The translations under genes and the position numbers were made by a program. Of a DNA stretch of 64,000 bases, positions 35,801 through 57,982 are shown in pieces (position 1 is the first letter of the stretch; each line of letters opens with the position of its first letter). The notes under the pieces were generated by a model, which worked only from the letters and a program-made list of their open reading frames with translations, searched no databases and had not been told where the DNA came from. The stretch spans positions 12,710,001-12,774,000 of the forward strand of contig JBHGNT010000008.1 of NCBI GenBank assembly GCA_043228905.1, given 5' to 3'. This stretch comes from Azolla caroliniana. Its lineage: Eukaryota > Plantae > Polypodiophyta.

Positions 35801-36487
35801 CAACCTACTCCTTTCTTTCTGTGCGTTTACGAACAGGCATCGGCATCTGTTCGCCAGCCTGTTCGGTTGTAACCGACTTCGTGATCTTGTTGTTTGTCTT
35901 GTTTATATATATTTTACATACATTCGCGTCTCTCTGTGTCGCTGTCGCACTCGCGTCTCTGTGTCGAAGGGCCGTGTCCCTTTGAATCTACGCTCGCACC
36001 TTGTGGGTCTCTTCCCCTCTCCTTTTCTCTCTTGCTCTTCGGTACAAGACCCCCGAGGTCCCGCCTCATTCCACGCATCCTCGAGGAATACCTCGACACT
36101 GGGTTACTCGAGTTACCCAAAGGAGGCAAATTATTAGAGTAAGCATAATTTATCTCAGTTGGGTTATTGGTGACTGTTGAAGGGGGTAGAACCGGGTTAT
36201 CGGTGATAGTTAAAAGGGGGACAGAGTCGGGTTGCTGGTGATAGTAAAGGGGGTAGAGTTGAGGTTACATGTGAAAGTTGAATGGGACAAGAGTGGCGTT
36301 ATTGATGATAGGGCCGTGTTGCTACTGGTGACAATAAAAGGGGGGACACCGAGGCTGTCTGTCGAATCCATCCAGGCTATCTATCGGCAACAAGGGCGCT
36401 TTTTTGGATACAAATCTCATGGGCAATGTCTGTCCGTGGCCACAGATCCCCTCCCTTGCCACGCGCGCCGGCCTCATTATGATTTGA

Positions 36488-45065
<8,578 letters not shown>

Positions 45066-46199
45066 TTGGGTGGAGAGAAGATGGTGGCAAATTTTGACTA
45101 AGCATTTATACGTAGGAATAATACCAATTTATTTCAATTAATCAATAGATGTATCAAGCTTATATTCTTTCATGTGTTTTAGGTTGAATGTATACCAAAA
45201 CACAAAAGGGAATATTGAGCACGTTCTTTGACATAAAAATGGAACTTCTGAAACAAGTCACTTGGGATGATGCATACAATGAGAGAATACGATGTATTAT
45301 TGTTCTATGAAGTCATGTAACATGATGGCCTGTGGAATACCACAAAAGAATATGGATAAACATAATACGATTCTTTGCTCTTGGCTGCTAGAAGTTCTTG
45401 GATCATGCCTTTCCTGAATCATGATTAGTTGGGATTCTGCTATTAATATCGGTGTGTGATCCATTTGAATATATTATGCATATATGGTCCTTGGCTGAGC
45501 ATTGCCACATTTCACTATCAATGGCTAGATCATGGCTCTGCATGTTCTGAAGTGGTTGCTTCTCTAGCCTCGAAGAATGTGGGGATGGTGTGGTGGGGTT
45601 TATTAGCTTGCCTTTGCTGTTTGCGAAGTATTCCATACCATGGGGTAGATAGTACATGCTAGTGTTATAGTTGGTATCTCTTCTCCCATTCTTCTCATTT
45701 TTCTAGTTCATACAGAAGAATGCCAAATTTTCCTTAACTATTTATGTTTGTCATTTGTGTAATTGGATGAGGGGGTTTTGTGTATGTTTGTTTATGCTTG
45801 AGTTCCATATCCGTAATAGTAAACAATGTGATCTTCCTTCATCATGATTATTTAGATATATATCCTAATGATATCCTCAATCTTGATGCCCTCGTGGTCT
45901 AGCATACTCAATTATAAGAAAGTTTGTTTAAATTGCTTCAAGTTAGAGAAAAAACTTTATGCATTTATGAAAGATTTGGCTTTGTTTATGTTTTCCCTAG
46001 ACTTAAAAGTGTAAGACGAAGGGCACATTATGGCTTAAAAGTGCTGTTCTCTTTTGTATGTCAACCCTTTCCATCCTCTTCTCATGCTTCTATAGCCGCT
46101 TGGACCAGTGCATAAATCTATAACCTAACACCTTGACACCTCCCACCTTGACGGACTCTTGGGGTGTGTCCGTAAACATATAGAACTCATGGTTACCTA

Positions 46200-47500
46200 C
46201 CTTGGGTCAGTGTGACTTTGAGCACTTGAACTTTGAAGCTATGCTCTTCGACTCTAGTCTAAGAGAAGTGTGTGCAATGATGGATGGTAGCTAGAGCAAT
46301 GAGATGAAGTCTTTAAAGTATAAACATGTCCAACTACGCCACCATAATTGGCCAAGTAATTTGCCAAAGTTTTGGTTGTCATGAAACCGCAAAACTAGGG
46401 TAAACTTAGTTAGGTCTTTCATGGTGTCCTCTTTATTATATACCCCAATAACATGTCATTGGAATAACCAAAATGACATGTCATTGGGTTGAGGCTCAGG
46501 CATGTCGTTTCAAATTTGCAAAATGTTCATTAATTGCATGTCATTGGAATAGCGAAAAAGATATGTCATTATTGTAAGTGTTCATTAATTGCGCATAATA
46601 CCATCAAGTACTTGATGAAGACTTGCAAAATATCTTGCTCAAAGATCTCAACAATGACTTGTTGAATGGTATTTGGTGTGTTCTAAAAGTCATCATGATG
46701 TCAATAGTTTTGGCAACCCTTCATAGATAAGCCATCTTATATAGTTTAAGTAGTACCTAGAGTGCAATCATTCAAGGCTTTGTTCATCCAATAATCAATT
46801 CATGACGTGAGCCATGAGTTGGTAGTATCTTGTCATAATGTGCACATCCTTGCCAAACTTATTAGAGTCTGCATTGTTGTAATGTCTTTGCTATCCATGG
46901 CTAACTAGAGTTGGTCATATATCGTATAGAGTTACCAATTGTGTAGATTGACCTCCCATTGAATGCAGTACTAAACTCTTTAACCCTCACGTTGCATACT
47001 ATCACCTTGTTGAAAGATTTAAGTTTTGTGTGAGGACCTATCATTGGAATAGTGAAACATCTCTTCGAATTTGGAATCTTTGTGGGCTCAAGAATCCCCA
47101 ACGTGTTAGCTTTCTCTTTCAACATTATCAGTTTTGGATATGGGTCCATGGCATTGGAGTCAACTTTAGGTTCCAAGATACGTGAAGCATTTAGAAGCTC
47201 ATAATTGGATCCAAAAACTGAGGTCAACAAACACTCTCTCTTCTTGGAAGAAAGCAAAAGTCCTCCCATGTTTTGTGAGCATCTCCTTGAACTTTGACTC
47301 CTCTTCAAATAAAAGGAACCTAGTCCCACTAACTCAAAACTTCCCTCGTGATTCATTAGTGATGGTGTGAATATTTTTCATGAGTCTTTTAGACTAGGAC
47401 CAAGTGCTACTTGTTTTATCCGTCACCAACTATCCTTCAGGACGAGGTAACCATGGGTGGGCTTCACCTTTCTATTCACCATTTTATATTGCAAGTTTAC
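46200..47500 (-). pseudogene. Very old, AT-drifted RT relic of the G1/G2 gypsy lineage
   Basis: QYKMVNRKVKP, PKLIMLKEKANTLGILEP and F-GRSIYTIG are homologous to ORFs at 31404-32900. Confidence 0.75.
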
Positions 47501-50052
47501 TTGGACCTCGTTTGCCGCAACACTTTGCCCATATTTGTTGATGGCGGTATTTCTCTCGGCTATCCCATTTTGTTGAGGTGTGTATACAGTTGACCCATAC
47601 CACATGGTGTATGGCACTTGTCCTTCTATACCTTGGTGAGGAGTTCTATTTTGTAGGTAACAAGTTGTGGCTACTACTTCTTCCCAGAATCTTGAGACCA
47701 TTCCACTCGTCTTCAACATACTCCTACCTGCATTTAATAAAGTGCGATTCTTTCTCTCGGCTATCCCATTTTGTTGAGGTGTGTATATAGTTGACTTTTG
47801 ATGAAATATACCATTTTTTCCGTTAAAGGCCTCCCACTCTTATGAAACAAACTCCCCACCATTGTCACTTCTTATTACTTTCACTTTAAGTTGTGTTTGA
47901 TTTTCAACAAAGCTCTTATATGCACAAAATGCTTTGAATGCATTTCCCTTTTGTTTAAGAAAGTTAACCATTGTGAATCACGAAGTGTTATCAATGAATG
48001 TTATAAAGTACCTTGCTCCGGAGAGTGAATTGGGAGTTATTGGTCCACATACATCCATGTGAACAAGTTGAAGTAGTTCCTTTGTCTTTGAGTTACTTAG
48101 TGGTAGTGATTTTTGAGCCATTTTCCCGTACATGCATTCTTCACAAATATCAATAGATTTAAAAATTGTGGAAGGTAAACCTCTTACCGGGTTCTGATTT
48201 TGACACAACTTTAGTGTTGGTGTATGTAGATTACCGAACCGTTACCATAAATAGGTGGGAGACACATTGTCTACTCCTTGATGTACTTCAGCAGCTAATG
48301 CTTCTCCTTGATTTGCTTTGACATCATATAGTTGCCCTTGTTTTGGACATACAATTTTTATCTCATGTTGATCATCTTGGATACATAGGGTAGCTTGATG
48401 TTTGCTGAATTTAATTGTCATTCCTTTTGCAGTAGTTTGTCCCAGGTACAAAGTATATATCTGAAATTTGTACAACACGATTACTAATGAACCTTAATTT
48501 GATATTACCTTTCCCAACTGCCACTTTTTGACCTTTGTCTCCGAAGGTGACCTTCAATGGTATTGGGAGCTCTTGATGGTTGTACAACCAGTCTTTTCGA
48601 TATGTTAGATGGTGAGTGGCCCCAATATCCAAGAACCAGGTGCTATCATCTTCATTTTGTTTTTCTTCAAGTGTGTTTGCATTATATGCTTGAATGTACT
48701 CTTCTTCATCATGTTCTCCATATTGTTCAGGTGCCTCTTCAAAAGAGTATTCTGGATTTCTATCATCTTCTTGTTGGATAACCACATTATGTGCTTGGGG
48801 TCGGTTGGAGTTCTTCTCTACTTGCTTGAGGCGACATACTTGCTCGGTATGTCCTTCCTTCTTGCAGTATCTACAGATGATTCTAAAGCTTCCATTTTTC
48901 CGTGAGTTGTTTCCATAGTATTTTTGTGCTTCACTCTTAGTGTATGTTTTATTATTAGACTCACTATTTCTTACTTTATCAGGTCTGTACCTTTGTTGGT
49001 TTGTTGGATGACCTCTTTGGAATCGATTGATGGAGACTACCATTGCGACTGGTTGATCATTATTCTTCTTTTGTCGTTGAATGTCTTCATGGCGGATCTT
49101 AATAAGTAGCTTAGACAATGTTGCGGTGCTACTATGCATAGTGATGAATGTTCCCCAAGATTTAGGGAGTTTGCTTAGCACTAAACCAATCTTGATGTCT
49201 TCTGAGATGCAATTGCTGGTGGTAGTTGCATCATCCATGACTGCCTCCCAGGTTGATAAGAAGGTAGGGACATCTTCTTCTTCTTATAAAACACACATAT
49301 TAAACAGGGTAGCTAAGGTGTGGAGTTTAGTTGTACCATCTTGAGGTTCATATAGTTCCTTCAGTTTTGCCCACATCGCAGCTGCAGATGTGAGTTTTCG
49401 AATAAATTCTGACTGTTTTTCATCTACATTTAATATTATCTCTAGTCTAGCTCTTTTATCCAGCTTTCGTCACTCATTCCATTCGTCTAACTCTTGTTTT
49501 TTAGGTTCTGGACTAGCGCCAGTTGTGATGTCGAGGAGCCCCTCAACATCAAGTAGCAACTCCATTCGAGTCTTCCAAGTTTTGTAGTTTTTCTCTGTTA
49601 GTTTGTTCAAGGTATATTTTCTGCTTGAGCTTGCCATAGTGTAGTACTAAGATTTGTTTATTTGAGATAATCTGTGGTGAGTTTTGTTGGTTATAGTGGA
49701 GTATGAGATTCAAATCGTGCAACTAAGCTCTTATACCATGTACAAGAAATTAGAACATAATGGAATGGAGTGACAACAGAGGAAGAGAGAGAGAGATATG
49801 GAAACAATGTATAACAAGGCAGATATTATTAAGAGAGGTGTATTACAATGTAAGAACCTACAATAACAACTCTCCAATGTAGTATCACTCACTGAAAAAC
49901 TAAACAATACTTCATGCATATATATATATATATACATAGAAGTAGCGGCTAGCCATTACTTCTTTGTAAACTATTGTTTTATCTTTTTGTTATTGTTCTT
50001 GTAACTGATATTTTGTCATTATCATTTGTGGGGTACGCAGGTAATCTTAACA
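47500..50052 (-). mobile_element. 5' half of an AT-rich copia element: LTR 49739-50052, PBS 49727-49738, gag-PR-INT, truncated
   Basis: CRYCKKEGHTEQVC, WFLDIGATHH, LVHMDVCGP, YTPQQNGIAER. PBS TGGTATAAGAGC. Confidence 0.88.
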
Positions 50053-50145
50053 GAGGAGGATGGGGAGGGGAGGTGTGATATTTTGGCTTTATCATTTGTG
50101 GTGTAAGCAGGTAATCTTAACAGAGGAGGATGGGGAGGGGAGGTG
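50006..50145. repeat. 70-bp tandem duplication spanning the LTR/flank junction
   Basis: TGATATTTTG..GCAGGTAATCTTAACAGAGGAGGATGGGGAGGGGAGGTG at 50006-50075 and 50076-50145. Confidence 0.9.
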
Positions 50146-50791
50146 CTCTGAGGCTCCATGAAAACCTTCTCCTACTTCGTGAACTGCTTCTGCGGCCTTC
50201 TCTTTGGTTGACTTAGTTGTGCCTAAGCCCTTCTCAGCTGCTTACTCCTGTACAACTCCAAGTTCTAGTCACTGAGGAATCCCTTGTCGTAGATCTCGCA
50301 AGCAAACTGATTTGTGGCCATCACTGTCTTGGGCGACAATCCGATCACCTCTGAAGAGGTATAGACACGTAAGAGTGTAACACGCGTCACGTTTTATGCT
50401 CGATTATAATGAAAAAAGAAACACAAGAAACACAAGAAACACACACAATGGCACAACAAAGATTACACAAGATTTAACGTGGAAAAACCCTCAATGAGGG
50501 AATCAACCACGGGACAAAAGTCCAAAACCAATCCACTATCAAGAAAGAGATACAACACAAAGTACAAGTTCTACTTCTAGATATACTAGAAATATGTAGA
50601 GATATGTAGCATAATACTACCGACAAAAATGGTACAATAATCCAAAGGGATAAGACTATCTCTCAAGCATATAGTAGAAAAGAAGAGAGAAGAAAACCCG
50701 GATAAGAATGTCCACAAGTCGAAGTAGTAGCCGTGTAGATCTCACGTTGAGTAGCGGAGATGGAAAGAAGATTAAGAGTAGATGAGTCGAG

Positions 50792-50881
50792 CACCAAGCT
50801 TCACCAAGCTCCACCAAGCTTCACCAAGCTCCACCAAGCTCCACCAAGCTCCACCAAGCTTCACCAAGCTTCACCAAGCTT
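50792..50881. repeat. Nine tandem decamers CACCAAGCT(T/C) in the copia C LTR, repeated at about 55759-55848
   Basis: Directly visible, same array in both LTRs. Confidence 0.95.
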
Positions 50882-51262
50882 CTCTATGCTTCACAATGCT
50901 TCACTCTCCTTCACGCTCTCATACTTTGTTCTCATCTCTTCCCATATATATATATCTCCTTTCCACCTTCTCTTTGTCTCTCTCAAAACAAAAACGGTCG
51001 TTTTGTTTTCTTTTACTCTTTATTATTATTATTACTATTATTATTTTCTTTCTTTACTCACTAAAAAACGTAACTTACATTTACCCTTTTAAAGAATAAA
51101 GTAAGGGTAATAATTACTAAAGAAACAAAACTTTTGTTTTGTTTCATATTACTATCTAATAATAATAATAAAAAATGTTATTAAAAAAAAACAAAACAAA
51201 ATAGTGACCGGATAATTAACAATCTCCCCCTCCGGTCACACAAGGAGAGAATTGCTTGTGTC

Positions 51263-54200
51263 TCAATTCATCTCCATTCCGGCAAGCTTGGCACATAGCT
51301 CAAGCTTCTCCCTTGGAACCACCTTTGTTAGCATGTCAGCAACGTTGTCATCAGTGTGAACTTTCTCTAGTTGCAACTTTTGCTCCTCGATAGCTAATCG
51401 TAACCAATGATACCTCACATCAATATGTTTTGTTCGTGAGTGATACATTGAGTTCTTGCTTAGGTCCATTGCACTTTGACTGTCACAAAAAACCACATAA
51501 GTTAATTGGCTCAAACCCAATTCTAAAAGAAACCTTTTCATCCAAAGCATTTCTTTGCTAGCCTCAGTTGCCGCAATGTATTCAGCTTCCGTAGTGGACA
51601 AGGCAACACACTTTTGCAATTTGGATTGCCATGATATAGCTCCCCCTGCAAAAGTAAATAAGAAACCGGATGTAGATTTTCTACCATCAAGATCTCCAGC
51701 CATGTCCGCATCTGTAAAGCCTTCAAGAATTGGTTTAGAACCTCCAAAACAAATGCACAACTTAGAAGTACCTCTCAAATACCGTAAAATCCATTTTACG
51801 GCATTCCAATGAGATTTACCAGGGTTAGAGAGATACCTACTCACTGTACCAACTGCATGTGCAATATCTGGTCGTGTGCTAACCATAGCATACATTAAAG
51901 ATCCAACCGCCGAGGCATAGGGAATCGATGACATCTCATCTCTTTCCTCCTCGGTAATTGGACAACATTTCCTACTCAATTTAAAGTGAGTGGCAAGAGG
52001 AGTACTTACTGGTTTCGAATATTGCATGTTGAACCTTTCGAGGATTCTTTCTATGTACGTTTCTTGTGAAAGCCACAATTTCTTTGATTCTCTATCACGA
52101 GTTATTTGCATACCTAAAATGTGCTTAGAAGGCCCTAAATCTTTCATGTCAAAAGTTTTAGATAACTCCACTTTTAACCTATTAATCATATTTAGGTCTT
52201 GCCCAACAATTAGCATATCATCAACATACAAAAGAAGTATAATAAAATTACCATCCTCAAATTGTTTAACATACACACAATGGTCTGCATTAGTTCTTTT
52301 ATAACCTTGATTCACCATAAAAGAATCAAACTTTTTTATACCATTGGCGCGGTGCTTGTTTTAGGCCATAGAGACTCTTTTTCAACCTACATACCAAATG
52401 TTCTTTCCCTTTCTCTTTAAAACCCTCTGGTTGTTCCATGTATATTTCCTCATCTAGGTCACCATGTAAAAAAGCAGTTTTCACATCTAATTGTTCAAGT
52501 TCAAGGTTTAAACTAGCTACCAAACCTAACACAATTCGTATTGAACTTAATTTCACAACTGGTGAGAAAATTTCATCAAAGTCAATTCCTTTCTTTTGAC
52601 CATATCCTTTTACTACCAAACGAGCTTTATATTTTATAAAGTTATCATCACCCCTTTTCAACTTAAACACCCATTTATTTTTCAAAGCTTTCCTACCCTT
52701 AGGAAGTTCAACTAGCTCAAATGTGTTATTCTTTTTCAAAGAATTAATTTCTTCATGCATGGCCTCTACCCAACTATCTTTGTCTTTAAGAGTTTGCACA
52801 TCATGAAAACTTTCCGGTTCACCGTCATTAGTGAGTAAAACATATTCAGAGCTAGGATACCTCATGGATGGTCGTCGTTCTCTAGTAGATCTCCTTAAAG
52901 GTTGATTTGCCACCTCTTGTAATGGGAGTTCCTCCCCCCGCTCAAGACCTGTCTCTGGCAAAACAACATCATTACTAGCATCATCTATAATCAACGGCTC
53001 AACAACATCCTCATGTTGCTCTTCTTGTTGTGAGGCACTCTCTTGTGTATCATCATCCATCATAGGAATTGGTTCAATATCTACTAGGTCACCATCTGAA
53101 GGGGTACATTTGACCTTTCCGCCTTGTCAATGTCCTCAATGGTTTGGTCTTCGATGAACACTACGTCACGACTCCTAATAAGCTTCTTTCCCACAGGATC
53201 GTAACACCTATAACCAAAATCATCTTGACCATATCCAATAAAAATGCATTGTTTAGATTTAGCATCTAACTTTGATCTTTCATCCTTGGGTATATGCACA
53301 AAACACTTACACCCAAACACACGTAAATAATCATAAGAGACATCTTTACCATACCATACTCTATTTGGTACATCACCTTGCAATGCGGTAGTAGGAGATA
53401 AATTAATGATATGTGCAACAATATTCAAAGCCTCACCCCAAAATGATTTAGGTAACCTTGCATCTGAGAGTAAGCACCTAACTCTTTCAACTAAGGTTCT
53501 ATTCATTCTTTCGGCCAAACCATTTAATTGGGGAGTCTTAGGAGGGGTTCTTTGATGTTTGATACCTTGCTCTCGACAATACGCATCGAAAGATCCACAG
53601 TATTCGCCACCATTATCGCTACGAATACACTTCAGTTTCTTCCCTGTTTCTCTCTCAACAAAAACATGAAACTCTTTAAAAACATCAAAAACTTGATCTT
53701 TTGATTTCAACATTCGAACCCAAAGCTTCCTAGAATGATCATCAATGAAAGTAACGAAATAAAGTGCTCCACCCATTGACCTTACCTTCAAGGGTCCACA
53801 CACATCAGAATGCACTAGATCGAGTATACCTTTTCGTCGAAGAGAAGAATGCTTAAAGGAAACCCTCTTAGCCTTCCCTGCCAAACAGTGATCACATGTA
53901 TCTAACTTCACATCTTTTAAACCTGGTAGGACGTTCTTTTTTGCTAGAAAGTCAAGTCCCTTTTCACTAATATGGGACAATCTCTTATGCCACAATTTTG
54001 AAACATCTTGATTTTCAACTGCATTGACAAAGTCAATAGAGACAGAAGCTTGCAAAAGATATAAACCATTATGACAACATTTATTAGCTTTCGCAATAAT
54101 CATAGAACCCTTACAAATTTTCCACTTACCATTTTGAGACGCATGACTATAACCCTCGTCATCTAATGTACCTGTGGAGATTAGATCCAATCTAATATCG

Positions 54201-55282
54201 GGCACGTGTCGTACTTGATGTAGAATCAGCTTGAATCCCGTGTTGGTTTGCAAGCAAATGGTTCCTGTGCCGACTACCTTTGCAAATCCATCATTCCCCA
54301 TCTTCACAACACCATAGTCACCTGGAGTGTAAGATGAGAAAAAATCCCTTCTGGACGTAACATGGTGGGAGGCACCACTATCAAGAACCCAAGTGGTTTC
54401 ATGGCTACTTATGTTAACTTCATTGTAACTTGTACATACAACAAGTAAATCATTAGAGGAAGCAACATTAACAGAATCGATATTGTCATTCACATTTTTC
54501 TTATCTTTCATGTAGTTCGACACCTTATTTTCCTTCTTCCATTTGAAACAATATTTCTTTATGTGACCTGTCTTACCACAAAAATGACAAACTAAATCTT
54601 TATATTTAGACTTTGACTTACTTCTACTTCTACCTTTGTTGTTTCGGTCATCGCTCCTCTTTTGGCTTCTTCCTCTATTTTCTGCAACGAAGGCGTCCAT
54701 GTTTGATGTTGCTCCTTGCGTCCTTCGCCGAATTTCTTCATTTAGAATTCCACTCTTCACAAGTTCCATTGTCATGCCTTCCTTAGGAGCCGCACTAGCT
54801 AGAGTAACCCTAAATGTTTCCCATGACTCGGGAAGAGTATTTAGCAACCATAAAGAAAGAACTTCTTCTTCAAACTTTATACCCATGCTAGACAATTGAT
54901 CAAAACATCCTTGAAACTCATTTAAATGATCTAAAACCGACTTATTTTCTTTATAAGTCAAATGCATTGCTTGTTTAAGTAAAAACAACTTATTGTTACC
55001 GGTTCTAGAAGCATATAAGGTTTCTAATTTATTCCACAAAGTCTTTGCATTTGTTTCATTCACAATATGATTCAAGACATTATCTCCTACCCATTGTCGA
55101 ATGAAAGCACATACTTGTTCATTTTCAAAATCCCACTCCTCATTATTTTTCTTTTCGGGTTTAATTTTTGCAAATATAGGTAAATGCATATTTTTAACAA
55201 AAAGCAAATCTTTCATTTTTCCTTTCCATTTTTGATAGTTCGTGCCATTTAAAACAACCATTGTTGATGTGTTTGCCTCCAT
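51263..55282 (-). pseudogene. Copia Gag-Pol in three pieces (55282-53084, 53063-52326, 52318-51263)
   Basis: CHFCGKTGHIKKYC, WVLDSGAS, SDNGGEY, QLDVKTAFL, YVDD, FTDAD, ADMLTK. Confidence 0.93.
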
Positions 55283-57114
55283 TTATAATCGAGCAAAAAA
55301 AAACACAACCTCCGCTCTGATACCACTTGAAGAGGTATAGACACGTAAGAGTGTAACACACGTCACGTTTTATGCTCGATTATAATGAAAAAAGAAACAC
55401 AAGAAACACACACAATGGCACAACAAAGATTACACAAGATTTAACGTGGAAAAACCCTCAATGAGGGAAACAACCACGGGACAAAAGTCCAAAACCAATC
55501 CACTATCAAGAAAGAGATACAACACAAAGTACAAGTTCTACTTCTAGATATACTAGAAATATGTAGAGATATGTAGCATAATACTACCGACAAAAATGGT
55601 ACAATAATCCAAAGGGATAAGACTATCTCTCAAGCATATAGTAGAAAAGAAGAGAGAAGAAAACCCGGATAAGAATGTCCACAAGTCGAAGTAGTAGCCG
55701 TGTAGATCTCACGTTGAGTAGCGGAGATGGAAAGAAGATTAAGAGTAGATGAGTCGAGCACCAAGCTTCACCAAGCTCCACCAAGCTTCACCAAGCTCCA
55801 CCAAGCTCCACCAAGCTCCACCAAGCTTCACCAAGCTTCACCAAGCTTCTCTATGCTTCACAATGCTTCACTCTCCTTCACGCTCTCATACTTTGTTCTC
55901 ATCTCTTCCCATATATATATATCTCCTTTCCACCTTCTCTTTGTCTCTCTCAAAACAAAAACGGTCGTTTTGTTTTCTTTTACTCTTTATTATTATTATT
56001 ACTATTATTATTTTCTTTCTTTACTCACTAAAAAACGTAACTTACATTTACCCTTTTAAAGAATAAAGTAAGGGTAATAATTACTAAAGAAACAAAACTT
56101 TTGTTTTGTTTCATATTACTATCTAATAATAATAAAAATAAATGTTATTAAAAAAAAACAAAACAAAATAGTGACCGGATAATTAACAACCTCCGCATCG
56201 GGATCTGGAGTTCCAAGAAGGTTCAGCCTCCTCTTGGCATCGACTGCGAGCTCGCCATTGCTCACGCCGGAAGAAGCACTGGCCCCGGCTTGAGCAGCAT
56301 ATTGTTATTGGGAGATCTCATATATATAAAGTGTCGCACCTACAAAGTATTGATGGAGTTGCATTTGTTGTTCCTGGGATATAACATGATTGTGTCTGCT
56401 ACTAACGTTACAAGCACTGGTGTCGATGATATGCTTGCTTTGCCTAATGCACATGTTATGTTGGACATGGTAGACGTCAGAGCCGATAAAGATTGATCCG
56501 TCATGAAGGCCACCACACTGGGAGATCCTAATGGATCAGTCTTGCTTGGGCCGAACATGTAGTGAAGGATGTAGGTGGTGCAGAACCGCTAGCCTTGGTC
56601 TTGAACAAGCTGATGCGCTCTTCTACTGCTGCTATCATTTCTTGCATTTGAATGAGCCGGGAGACAAAGTATGGATAAGGGAGAGAGGGAGAAGGCCTAC
56701 AAACAAAGGAAACGATGGTATGGTTGGCCTGAGAGAAGGACAAGGAAGCATGGTGACAAAGGGAGATGAGCGAACGGGAATTAGGGTTTCTCAGGAAGCA
56801 CGGTAAAGAATGACAATATGATAAACCTCTGCTTCAAGGGGGAAACAGGAGAAGAACCACAAAGAGGAGGTTGCCAAGTCATGTCCATCAGGCCTTGGAT
56901 CCATTAGAAACACAAGCAAGAGAAATCACTATTGCCATCGCAACTAGCTCACACACACACAGTCCACACACAAAGCACACTCTAACAAAAGAGACCGAGA
57001 GATACATAGCTAGGGGGAGAGGGAGAGAGAGAGAGAGACTTCCTCTCAAGGGAGGGTCGGTCGTTTGGGTGTGCCAGTGTTGATGGGTGGGGGGTGAAGC
57101 CATGAACGGTGTTA

Positions 57115-57982
57115 TGTAAGATTTTCCCTCCTTATGGGGGAGTCGGCTAAAAAGCCGAAATCGAGCAAGAAGCTGAAATGAGTTGGCTAGTCGAAATCGG
57201 CCGAAAAAATCGATCGAAAAGTTGAAACGAGAGTCGGCTGGTTGAAAAACCAAAATGGGATTCGGTCGAATGGAAGTCACTGAATAGAAGTTTAAACGAA
57301 TATATACATATACATAGAGAGAATCGTATAAGCTGCGTATGTATGTGGGATAACTCACTGAGAGTAAAACAGTGAGAGAGGTGCGAAAGTGAACTCTAAC
57401 GAGTAAGCGCGCGTGGGGGTGATCTATGTGTATGAGAGCATGAGAGAGTGAACAAGAGGTTAACACAGTTGTTGCTGTGAAAGAGAGTGAGCGTGTGACA
57501 TAGAGAGATATAGTGAGCTAACACAATGGTGGCTGTGAGAGTGTGAGTGATATAGCTCTGCAACTAAGTGTCAGAGGAAGCAAAGAAAGAAGGCTATAAT
57601 AGAAAAGAAAAGAAATAGAACAAACAAGCTTTGAAAGCTTTGAAGGAGATATATACCTACGAGTTAGGGTTTAGTGCACTCAGTTGAAACTGTGGTTTCA
57701 GATAACAACATGAGAGTACATCCATACCAAATCAGGTTCTATCATTCTATGATTGTATTTCTTCTTGTCTCATAGTGTAAATCTTGTTCCTCATGGTTTT
57801 TCCCTGAAATCAGGGTTCTCCACGTAAATCGTGTGCTACTTGTTTCATTCTGTTTGTGTCTTAGTATATATAAGTGGTCTACGTTTGAGTGTAATATCTT
57901 ACAAACTAGTATCAGAGCATAGGTTCTAGATGGAATGGAATGTTAGCATCAACGAAGTTCCCATTAGATGATGCTATGCAGG
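57115..57982 (+). mobile_element. Copia 5' LTR (57115-57903), mutated PBS (57907-57918) and a short gag remnant
   Basis: Termini TGTAAGAT..ATCTTACA. PBS TAGTATCAGAGC. LASTKFPLDDAMQ matches family-B gag LAAIKFPLEDAMQ. Confidence 0.8.

Larger units (their letters stand above)
28472..36098 (+). mobile_element. Full-length non-chromovirus Ty3/gypsy element G2 (gag-PR / RT-RH-INT), tRNA-Trp primed, inactivated
   Basis: 629-bp LTRs at 28472-29100 and 35470-36098 (TGTCG..CGACA). PPT 35453-35469. Probable 4-bp TSD CCGG/CTGG. Motifs CMWCDEVGHIRKDC, VDHGS, FLDD, TVDTS, GHRG, PEVNGKVERG, WFGPY. Confidence 0.96.
50352..56188 (-). mobile_element. Full-length Ty1/copia element (family C, Tnt1/Tork-like), young, with two frameshifts in pol
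   Basis: LTRs 50352-51221 (870 bp) and 55328-56188 (861 bp) differ by a 9-bp indel and a few substitutions. TSD ACCTC. PBS 55314-55325. PPT 51223-51233. Confidence 0.98.
50245..56289 (-). pseudogene. INDETERMINATE-domain (IDD/BIRD) C2H2 zinc-finger gene fragment in two pieces (56289-56194 and 50351-50245), split by copia C
   Basis: Joining across the ACCTC TSD gives AKRRLNLLGTPDPDAEVIGLSPKTVMATNQFACEIYDKGFLSD*NLELYR, versus the IDD consensus KKKRNLPGTPDPDAEVIALSPKTLMATNRFVCEICNKGFQRDQNLQLHR. Confidence 0.9.

Noticed and set aside
56888-57466. 192-aa minus-strand ORF as a membrane protein or env gene
   Set aside because: Low-complexity translation of GA/GT-rich sequence that crosses an LTR boundary at 57115.
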